Source: Lama guanicoe
Lineage: Eukaryota
Length of the DNA stretch: 64,000 nucleotides
Reading direction: 5' to 3'
NCBI GenBank assembly: GCA_013239625.1
Contig: MU053136.1
Location: 576,017 to 640,016, forward strand
Shown: positions 39,983 to 50,900 of the stretch, in pieces
Numbering within the stretch: position 1 is the stretch's first letter
Layout of the letters: each line of letters begins with the position of its first letter
Notes under the pieces: model-generated
The model's database searches: none
What the model was told of the DNA's origin: nothing
Seen by the model: the letters and a program-made list of their open reading frames with translations, nothing else
Program-made: the position numbers and the translations under genes

Positions 39983-41079
39983 TAGGCCTGGCTTTGGCCC
40001 CTGTGCCCATCCCTGTATGGGGAGGATGGAGGGGAGTAGAAACCACCTCCCACCGCCCCCAAGAGACCACCCTTTCCCCACACCCTCTCTCAGGTTTGGG
40101 GATCTAAGACCTCTCTGGGTCCCTCGGCCTCCTCCAGCTCCTTCTTCAGCAAAAGCAACAGAAACTATCCATTAGTTATGATGATGACTCAGAAGCTGAG
40201 CAAGCCTTGTGCATGTGAGTGTGTATCTCCTTGTGACTCTGTGTCCCTGAGTGCCCACACGTCTATGAGCCTGCCTACACGTGTGTGTGAGCATGTGTTT
40301 GTGTGTGTGTGTGGGATCTTGTGGCTGGGGAAGTTGTATATGTGTGTGTTTATTTCTGGGTGTGTCTCAGTGTTTACCCCAGAAACCGGTAGGAACTTCG
40401 CCAAGGCTGCACAGCCGATTCCTACTCAAACTTGTCTCTTAGGAATCTACAGGCAGCAACTCTAGTTTGTGCTGGCTCCCACCTGGGTCTGAGGAGTAGT
40501 ACCCTGTAAGGAGGAGCAGAGGTGATTTTCAGTCCAAGAGACCCCTGGAGTCTTCCGGAATTCTGAGCCTCTGGGTCCCCTCCCCCACTCCCTCCCCTTG
40601 GTGGTCACGGGACCTCTAAGGCGGTCCCCACCAAGAAGGGAGGGGGACCTAGGAGTTCCAGACGGCGTCGTGCTCCCTGGCTGCTTTCAGGGTCCTCCAC
40701 TGGAGGGAGCGCAGAGCCCAGAGGGATTTCTTTTTCCAGAGATCTCGGGGGAGCCGAGTCCCTTGTGAACCCAAACACCCCCACCCCGCCCCCTGGGAAA
40801 GTTTGGGTATGGGAGAGGCAGTTTGGGGCAGCATATCTCTGCTTGATATTAGGTGACTTTCTGAAGACAAGCTGCTCGCTTTTGAGGGGGACAAAGTGGG
40901 GATCAGATTCCCCTCTAGCATGGACCCAGGGCCCCCAAGCCCAGTCCTGGCTCCCCCCACTCCATACTCCCGCACAGGAGGCACACACGCTCACCCCATT
41001 TTCTTCCTCTTCCTCCTCCAGCCCACTTTCTCTCCTCTGTGTCGTCAGAGCTCCAGGGAGGGACCTGGGTAGTCAGAGA

Positions 41080-41132
41080 AGCCGGAAACAGCGGACTGGG
41101 GCAGCCACTGCTTACACTGAAGAGGAAGGACG

Positions 41133-41164
<32 letters not shown>

Positions 41165-41312
41165 TTGTATTTTTTTTTTTTTCTTTTTGGTGGTGGTGGT
41201 GGAAGGGGGTTGCTAGCAGGGCCAGCCCTGAACCCGCTGGACAGAGCTACAGACCCATGGGGCCTGGCAGTGGCCGCTGAGAGAGGGAGAAGACAGCAGA
41301 GGGGTTGCCAAG
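41080..41312 (+). other. STAT6: STAT6 non-coding exon 1 (5' UTR); start approximate
   Basis: ETS motif gccggaaac near the start, (GT)11 tract, donor aag|gtgagg at 41312/41313; matches recalled human STAT6 leader. Confidence 0.8.
41143..41164 (+). repeat. (GT)11 microsatellite in STAT6 exon 1
   Basis: Read directly. Confidence 0.95.
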
Positions 41313-43856
41313 GTGAGGGGATGCCTCGAAGGAGGGGAGGGTGGGGGGCCTCGACTATGAGTATGTGGCAGGGGTGGGCTGGGAGGAGTGCCTCTCAGGA
41401 TCCTCCCTGGGCAGAGTGGATGGTCCAAGGAATTGTTTCATCTGGGGTTGGTAGCTGGTGCTACTGGGTTTTGGCGCTTTCGAAATACCAAGAGGAATCT
41501 GGGGTGGGTACAGGCCCAGCACTTCCCCCCAACCCCACCCAACCAGCCATAGACATTTTTTCCACACCCCCGCCCCCGCCCCTACAGGGACATGTAAAGG
41601 CAGGGGAAGGAGGGCAAGGAGGTGCCCCTCTGCTCTCTGGGTTGGGGGGAAGTGGCTGCCCCTCCCAGAAGGTTGATGCCAGAGCACAGTGGGTCCTTGA
41701 CAAACCCCTATCGGGGCCCCTATGAAGGTTCCTGTTCAAGGGTGTGGCTAGGGAGTGAGCTAGCCCCAGATGTAGACCTCATGGTGCCCCAGAGGAGGGG
41801 GAATTTCCCCCTCAAAACTGCTCCACGCTTGGCCCGGCCGAGTCACGAAGTTAACCCTCCTCGTGCTGAACTGGCTCCACCTCCCCGCTCCCCTCCCCGC
41901 CCCCACCGCCACAAACACATATTAGGCAGCTCTTTTGACTTTTGATCCTGTGGTCCCAAGGTCAGAGGGCTCAGGAATGTAGGGGTTGAGGTGAGGTTTA
42001 GGCCACGAAGCGAAGCGAAGCGGGCTGATGAGGATCCTGGACGTCGGGTCTCCCTTCCCGATTGGGAGGGGAACACTGGCCCCGCCCCGTCGCGCCGTGG
42101 CTCCGCCCTCCTTGCCGGTCTACAGGGGACCCCTGGCCTGGCAGGCCAGTCTACCAGCCTTGTTACGGTGTCAGGGTAGGGGAAATTCTGGCCTCCTGAT
42201 ATCTGGGAGTGGAGTGAGGGAGGAGGTGTGAAGCCAGGGCCATGCCAGGGAGGCTGGTCACTCAACAATATAGAGGAATGGGGGCTGCCTATGGTTTAGG
42301 GGTCACTTCAGTCCCCAACAGGGTAGAGGGAGAAGGTTAAAGGTCTGAGCACCTTGAGAAACAGGAGATGAAGAGAGAAGAGAGGAATGGTGGCCTCCCT
42401 TGAATCTGAAACACAGACCAAAAGGTGCCCCAACCCCAAGGGGGCGTAGAGAAAGGCCTACTGGAGGACCCTGTGCAGGACGGGGCAAGATTCTGCCTTT
42501 GGGAGAAAAGAGCTCAAGGGGATAGAGACGCGGATGGGTGGGTGGGGGGAGTCTCCAGAGAAGGGGACCCTCTGTTCTCCATTCTTTGGGGGTTCTGGGA
42601 GAGGGGAGAAGTTAAAGCGCAACAGGAGGACTTGGGGTTACCGGGTTGGGGGAGACTCAGGGAGTTTGCATCTTCATCCTTTCCATCGTCTCTGGGAAGA
42701 GGGTTATTTTGAGAAGTATGAACTGAGAGACCCTGGGAAACTACTGATTTACTCATCCCACCCTGCAGCCCACCCAGAAATGGGGATGCAACCCTCTCCC
42801 CATCTTCTCCCCTCTCCTTTCCTCTTGCCCTCTTTTCTTCTCTGCCCTTGGCCTTCTAGCTCTAGCATCCTCTCCCTTCTTCTAGGCTATTCACTCCAGG
42901 CGTATTAACCCCACTTTTTCTCCAATCTCTCTCTACTTTTCCTTTTGCTAGATCTCCTTCAATTCTCTCCCATGCCCTGCTCCCTTAGGATTACAGGATT
43001 TGGATCTGGAAGAGACCCCTACAGCACAATGTGGTGGTTAATCCCCACTGAGTTCAGATCCTGATGTCTGAACTTGCTTGCTGAGTGGCCTTGGCAAGTT
43101 GGAGAAACTTCTTGAGATTCGGTTTTTCTACCTGTGAAAGGGGATAATTCTGCATTTAAAAAATTGTTGCAAGGTGCTCAGTGCAATGCCTCATACTTAG
43201 AAAGTGCTTAATAAATGGTAGCGATTAGTATTACTCTCTTCATCATCTAGCCAGTTTTCAAATTATCTCAGGGAGCCCCGGAAGTTTGAGGGGTTTCTCC
43301 AGGGACAACTTTGGGGTCAGGAGGTGGGGAGAGGGAAGTAAGAAACAGTAGAATTCTGGGCCTACCACACTTGCTTTCAACAGAGAAACTCTAATTTTAT
43401 ACGATGGGGATTCCACAGATGAAGACTAAAATTGTCTACTGCTTTAAAAAGTTTAGAAAGTTTAGAAATTTCTGCACTTATTTAAGGCTCGTGTTTTATA
43501 GATGAGAAGATCAAGGTCCAAAGAGGGGAGGTTTCTTGCCCACAGAACCAGAACCAGGTCTAAAGCTACAATCCATATCCTCTGCCTTCTCTACTGCCCC
43601 ATTTCCCCTGTCTCCCACCCCTCCAGCTGCAACTCAGCTCTTCCCACCCCTTCACCCCTGGGTCTAATTGAAGGCATTACCTTGTCTCAGGCACTGATCA
43701 GGGACGGTCTGAGGTGGTCTGGCTGTGAGGGATGGAGGGGATGGTCTACAGGAGGGCTCTAGCTGCCCCAGAACACAGGCCAACTTTCTTGGGCACCTCT
43801 GAGAGTGCTCAAGTGGCCTTGTTCCCTTCCTCTAGGCACCCTCCAAACCCCAGATC

Positions 43857-43972
43857 ATGTCTCTGTGGGGTCTGGTCTCCAAAATGCCCCCAGAAAAACT
43901 GCAGCGGCTCTATGTTGACTTTCCCCAACACCTGCGGCATCTCCTGTGTGACTGGCTGGAGAACCAGCCCTG
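43857..43972 (+). CDS. STAT6: STAT6 exon 2 coding part (exon starts 43836)
   Basis: [39 protein letters not shown]; tg|gtgagt. Confidence 0.96.
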
Positions 43973-46900
43973 GTGAGTCCTGGCTGCCCCATGTTTGTCC
44001 CCTAGGTCCTCCCACACCCACTTACTAGCTCATTAGATTTTTGTCATCCCATTTCAAGACTTGGGACTCGTTATTCCATGTGTGGTGACCCAGATTTAGC
44101 GGGGAGTCTGTGCTGCATCAACCAGACTATGCATGTTGACACGTGGAGTCTCCCATCCCCTTAGGAGGCTGAGCCAAAGATGAGGGAGGTCAGAGCTGGG
44201 GCAAGGGCACTTCCCACACAGCTGGAAAATTGGGGAACAGGGACATGGGTGAGGGTTGCAGAGGGCTGGGATGGAGGATAGGAGGATGAAGGAGCTGCTG
44301 AGCTGTTTGCTGTGGGGTAAAGGGTCAGTGGAGCTGAGGAAGCCCTGACCCGAAGCTGCCTTATCCTAATCTTCCCGCAGGGAGTTCCTTGTCGGCTCAG
44401 ACACCTTCTGCTGTGACATGGCCAGCGCCCTACTTTCTGCCACTGTCCAGCGCCTTCAGGCCTCAGCTGGAGAGCAGGGGGAGGGGAGCACCATCTTGCA
44501 ACACATCAGCGCCTTGGAGGTGGGGGCAGGAGGGTATGGGATAAGGCTGGGGTGGGGCCTGGAGTAGAGCTGGGGTGAATATGGGAGGCTGGAAGAAAAC
44601 TGGGTAGACCCTGGAAACAAACTGATATTCCTGTGGTTAGCTGTTAGCCAGCAAGCAAATTAGATTTGAAAGCATTCAACTGCATGAAAACTCCTGGAGT
44701 CTACATTTGTGCTGCCTTTCAGTGCATGTGTGAGCGGGCAGGGGGGTTGGAGGGGGAGAATAACATGGGTAAGAGCCAGGCTAACCCTGTCCACCACCCT
44801 TCATTCCTATAGAGCATATATCAGAGGGATCCCCTGAAGCTAGTGGCCACTTTCAGACACATCCTTCAAGGGGAAAAAAAAGCCGTTATGGAACAGGTAT
44901 TGTGATACCCCACTTCCCACCCCAACTCAACTCCCTGCGACTTTAGCCTGAGCCATGAGAAGCTAAAAGGAATTTGAACTTCAGGAAAGATTCAGTGTTC
45001 TAAGCCCAAGATGACCAAAGGAGGTTCCTGGGGTCAGAGTGAGCCCCAAGCTAAGCTCAGAAAAGCTTCAAATGAGGGACTGGGGGTAGTCAGGCCTGGG
45101 GAGAAGAGAGCAAGTGGTAAGGAGCTGATTCTGCCAGGAGAGAAGTCTTATCTTCAGGAGATTCCAAAAGATTCGGAAGAACTGTCAAAGGAGAGGGGGG
45201 AACCAGACAAGGGGTGTGGCCTGTCTCCCTCGCTGCAGAGCATGGCGGTCAGCACCCCTTTAGGTAGTGGAGGCTGAGTGTAAAGGGATGAGTCTCACCT
45301 CCTGCCCTCTGGCCCTCGTCCCTCCTGCACAGTTCCACCACCTGCCAATGCCCTTCCACTGGAAGCAGGAGGAGCTCAAGTTTAACACGGTCCTGGGGAG
45401 GCTGCAGCACCGAGTCGGGGAAGCCCACCTTCTCCGCGAAGCCCTGCAGCCGGGGGCGGAGGCTGGCCAAGGTGGGAGCCAGGGCCTGGAGCCCTAGGAG
45501 GGCTCTGGGTTGTGTGTGGGAGTGCTCCCCTCTTGGACCTCAACCTTGACTGAACCTCAAATCTATCTGCACCCCTGATTTCTGCCCCTACCCTTAGTGT
45601 CTCTGCACAGCTTGATAGAAACTCCTACCAATGGGACTGGGCCAAGTGAGGTGAGTAATGGACTGAGACGTGGAGATGGAGCTCAAAATGCAGACTTTGA
45701 GAGGTCTCAAGTCTGTGGGGGAATGGAGGTTAGAGCTCAGAGAGGTGAGAAGGAGAGCCTACCCTCGGGAGCTGAGTGAGGAGGAAGTGTGTGGCGCTGG
45801 CTCAGAGCCTCCTTGCCCGCAGGCCCTGGCCACGCTGCTGCAGGAGACGGTGGGGGAGCTGGAGGCTGCCCAGGCCCTGGTGCTGAAGAGGATCCAGATT
45901 TGGAAACGGCAGCAGCAGCTGGCAGGGAATGGCGCACCCTTTGAGGAGAGCCTGGCCCCACTACAGGAGAGGTTGGGACAGGGCTGGCAGGGAAGGGGGT
46001 GGGCTGAGGGTGGGCACCTGCTGTCCCCGCTGGAAGATCCACAGGTGTGAGAGAGAAGAACCAGGCCAGGGGCCTTGGGGTGGGCCAAGGCTCAGAGTAG
46101 CAGTTCCAGCAGAGCCTCGCACACTGTTGTTCAGGTCGCATCCTGCACACGTGTGCCCAGCTGAGGGGGCACAAGCAGGAGTCCATCCAAGCCACACTTT
46201 TCTCTTCAAGCCCCGTGCCCAGAAGAATGGGAAGCTTTTTTCTATTTGGTCTGTTGGGTGAGGCACCTTTCAATATGTGCAAAAGCATCATATACGCTGG
46301 CAGCTGACCTGGGTACCAGAGCCCAGGGAAGAGGCAGCGGGGTTTTCACAGGGCTTTCAGACACCAAGAAAGAACCTCCCCAGAGCCAAGGCAGGTGCCA
46401 GAACCCCTTCAGCCCAGGTGTCTTGCAATTACATCCACTGCCCATCCCACTCCTCCACACACACTGTCCTGCTTTCTTGCTGGGTTTAGGTGGAGGGGGT
46501 CTGGTCCAGGAGCAGGCACACTGAATCCTGTGCCCCCGACCACTGTCCTGGCTCCAGGTGTGAGAAGCTGGTGGAGATTTATTCCCAGCTGCAGCAGGAA
46601 GTGGGGGCGGCTGGTGGGGAGCTTGAACCCAAGACCCGGGCAGCGCTGATTAGCCGGCTGGATGAAGTCCTGCGAACACTGGTCACCAGGTACAAGCCCC
46701 AGGCTGGCCTAGAGCAGACCCCAAGAAGGGAAGAGGGTCAGAGTGGTGGGGAGGGCACTAGGAGGGACCCAGACTCTAACTTCCCTTGTGTCCACCTCAC
46801 TCCTGCCAGCTCTTTCCTGGTGGAAAAGCAGCCTCCCCAGGTTCTGAAGACTCAGACCAAGTTCCAGGCCGGGGTGCGATTCCTGCTGGGCCTGCAGTTC

Positions 46901-47887
46901 CTGGGCACCCCAGCCAAGCCTCCGCTGGTCAGGGCCGACATGGTAACCGAGAAGCAGGCGAGGGAGCTCAGCATGCCCCAGGGGCCTGGGGCTGGAGCGT
47001 AAGCTGGGACTGGGGAGGGCCTGGGGGAGAGGGGTGGAGGCCACAGGAGCCTGGGGAACTGGCACCACGAGGAGCAGAATGATGGGGAGGGGGCACCATG
47101 GGTGGTGGGAACCAGGACTGGTTAGGGCAGAGGAAGGGGAGGGACCCGTCAGTGCTGGAATGGGGGTGGGAGCATCACAATTTGGCTAAGATGGGGTGTC
47201 CCCTCCTAAAAAGTGGAGAGGCAGAGATCGGGGCTGGTAGTCCGTGCTATCCACCCGGGGACGCAGGCTTCTGTCACCCCGGCCCAGCTGGGATGAGCCA
47301 CCGTCCGCCCGTCTTGCCCCAGCAGAGAGAGCACCGGGGAGATCATCAACAACACCGTGCCCCTGGAGAACAGCGTCCCGGGGAACTGCTGCTCTGCCCT
47401 GTTCAAGAACCTGGTGAGAGCTCCCGGGAGCGGTGGGCGGGGTCCTGGGCCCAGGGCCTCTCCTCGGAGAGGATGTTGGGAGCCCAGGAGAAGCAGTCTC
47501 TGCCCTCACCCCCTACTCCCTCACCCCACTGGCAGCTTCTAAAGAAAATCAAGCGGTGTGAGCGGAAGGGCACCGAGTCTGTCACCGAGGAGAAGTGTGC
47601 TGTGCTCTTCTCCACCAGCTTCGCGCTCGGCCCCAGCAAACTCCCCATCCAGCTCCAGGTGAACCGAGGCCCCAGCCCTGTGCAGGATGGGATCCCGGGT
47701 GCCCCTCCTTGCCACACCCTGGGGCCCTGGATCCTCCCTCCTCACGACTGCCAGGCCCTGGGTGTCTGAAATTTGTGCGCACTGGGGCCCAGGTGAGTGG
47801 ACTGGAGGACACATGCCAGGGACTGACAGTGGAGGAGCAACTGGCACTTAACTACACATTTTTCATAGACCAGGCACTGTTTTAAGT

Positions 47888-47919
<32 letters not shown>

Positions 47920-50900
47920 CCTCAATAACATTATGAGGTAGATATTTTTACTAGTCTCATTTCACAGATGAGGACATTGAGACACAGAGAAATTGAGTAA
48001 TTTGCCCACATCACACAGCTACTAAGTTGTTGGAACTGGCATTTGAAACCTGGAGGTCTGGCTCCATAGCACTGACTTATAACCACTTCTCTACTGTAAG
48101 GCCCTAACTGAGCTTCAGAAAGCATTCCCTGATACCCCATGGGCTCTTATCTGTGTTGTGGGGGCTTCTTACACGCTATAGCTTCTCTGCACGCTCAGGG
48201 CCAGCTCTCTGCAGAAGCCTCTTGCCCCAGTAAGAAGAACCCCCTTTCCTCACTCCTTTCAGGCCCTATCTCTGCCCCTGGTGGTCATCGTCCATGGCAA
48301 CCAAGACAACAATGCCAAAGCCACTATCCTGTGGGACAATGCCTTCTCTGAGATGGTGAGGAAAGACATGGAGTTGGGTGGAAGGGGCTCCAACATGGGG
48401 GGTGGGACGCAGGCTGGTCGAGTGGCATCCACGTTCAAATGGGAGTGAATGTAATTCCTTCTCGTAGGCTTCCTTTAGTCCTTCTGACCTCTTTTCACAC
48501 CAGTCCTAGCAACTATCATGCTGTAGCTCCCTAAACTGCTGCTGGAAAAGCACCACCTTCGTCAGCAAGCTCAGGGGGACAAGGCTGGGGAGGGGCAGCC
48601 TTGGGGAGGTGGGAAGGATGAAGGGGCTCCTGAGGGGGAACGGGGATGTCAGCCTGAGGCGCCCTTTCCTTCTCCCCTCCCCCCAGGACCGTGTGCCCTT
48701 TGTGGTGGCTGAGCGGGTGCCCTGGGAGAAGATGTGTGAAACTCTGAACCTCAAGTTCATGGCTGAAGTGGGGACCAACCGGGGGTTACTCCCAGAGCAC
48801 TTCCTCTTCCTGGCCCAGAAGATCTTCAACGACAACAGCCTCAGCATGGAGGCCTTCCAGCACCGCTCTGTGTCCTGGTCACAGTTCAACAAGGTCATGC
48901 CCCTGCCCTTCGGACCTCCCACCCCCATGCCCTTCATCCCTGGGTACTCAGGACCTCGCTAACCCCTGCCCAGAGACCAACCGCTGGGATCTTCCCCAAT
49001 GTCCTACCCCGCCCCGCAGGATGGTCTCTGTCACGCCCCAGGCAGGAAAACCCCTCAGCTCTCTGGCATCCGCCAGGTTGTGGTCTGGGGGCCTTCTGTC
49101 CTCTGTGTTTGGCAGTGATTTGCATGACTCACCCAGATTGTGTGTAAATACAGCTCTGATTCAAAATGACTTTGACCCATTGGGAAGATAGTTCCTATTG
49201 CAAAAACCGGGACTAAATCCCACAAGGACATATGCAGTGATACCAGCTACCATGTGTTGACAGCTTACTATATGCGAGGCACTGTGCTTTAGCGCTTCGC
49301 TCATGTTGTCTCATTTAATCCTCCCAACATCCCTTTGTGGTAGGTGCTATTAGGACCCCCATTTTACAGAGGAGGAACTTGATTCTCAGAGGGATTAAGT
49401 AGTTTGAGCAAGGCCTCCCAGCAAGTGAGTGGCAAGGCTAGAATGGAACCCTCTATATTTCTTTCTCCTTCTCCTTCTTCTTCTTCTTTTTTTTTTTGGT
49501 GGGGAGGCAGGTAATTAGGTATATTTATTTATTTAATGGATATACTGGGGATTGAACCCAGGACCCCGTGCATGCTAAGCATGCACTCTACCTCTGAGCT
49601 ACACCCTCCCCTCTTGGAACCCCATATTTCTGACTCTTGCTCTTAGCTACTACATTTTACTGCCTCCAAAATAAGACGGGTCAGGACTAAGTCTGTTACA
49701 AGAAAAGGGGAAAGAGGAGGTCTGGTTGACAACCAGCTGGGTAAATGCAGTCATGTACTGATCTCTTAGAAAAAAAGGAAGAAAGAAAAACCCACATGAC
49801 CAGAGGATGTGTTAGCAAGGGGACCAGGACACTCACACCCCACAAGCTGCCTTCTCTGGACGCCACTTCCGCCAGCCTCACTCAGGAGGGGTGGAGCACG
49901 GTGGTTGTGACTTCCTGGGCTAAATCCCAGCTCTGCTTCTCACCAGCTGTGTGGATCTGGGCAAGTTATTCGGCCTTTCTAGGCGTCCATTTCTTCGTCT
50001 GTAAGATGGGATAGTCATAGGACTATTCCACAGGCTTGTAAAATTCAGGTACATTAATTTATGGAAAGGGCTTGGAACGTGCCTGGCACATGGTGAGGTT
50101 GACCATTGTCATCAATGGGGTCTCGGCTCCGGGTGATTCCTCAGCCCTGTGACTCTGTCGGGTGGGCACTCACAGCTCAGAGCCTGCCCCAACCAGGCTC
50201 CCGCTCTGGCCCTCCCGTGCACACACCAGCTTCCCCTCCCCCCACAGGAGATCCTGTTGGGTCGTGGCTTCACCTTTTGGCAGTGGTTCGATGGTGTCCT
50301 GGACCTCACCAAACGCTGTCTCCGGAGCTACTGGTCAGATCGGTAAGTCCCTGCCCCAAGTGGCCTGAGCAGCTGTACCTCCAGCTCCCGTTTCATACCC
50401 TGTGCCCCTACCCACATCGTCTCTCTTATCCTGGCCAGGTTGATCATTGGCTTCATCAGCAAACAGTACGTCACTAGCCTTCTTCTCAACGAGCCTGACG
50501 GAACCTTTCTTCTTCGCTTCAGTGACTCAGAGATTGGAGGCATCACCATTGCCCACGTCATCCGGGGCCAGGATGGTGAGGCCACGCTAGCCGGTCCTCT
50601 GCCTCTGTGCCTGTGCCCTCTGGGGTTTCTCCCAGGAAGGAAACCTCCTGGCCCTCCTTGAAACCAACCCTGACCTTCAGGAAGTTCTTCCTTAGGTCCA
50701 GCGTCTTCTATTCTTCCTCCTGTGGTCTAAATGTTTACCTTCCCACTGTGATCTCTGGGGGAGTGGAGACTGGTGGCTCTCTCTCCCTCAGGACTCCCAC
50801 CCTAGCTCCTCTCCTAGATTGAGAATGAGTCCAGTGCTGGAGGGAGGGTGGGGAAGGGGAAGAAAGTCTGGACAGAGGGGACTCAGGGTCTCATTCCCAT

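Noticed and set aside
41039..41725. 228-aa ORF over STAT6 exon 1 and intron 1
   Set aside because: Runs through the (GT)n/T/(TGG)n repeats and across the splice donor; not the STAT6 frame
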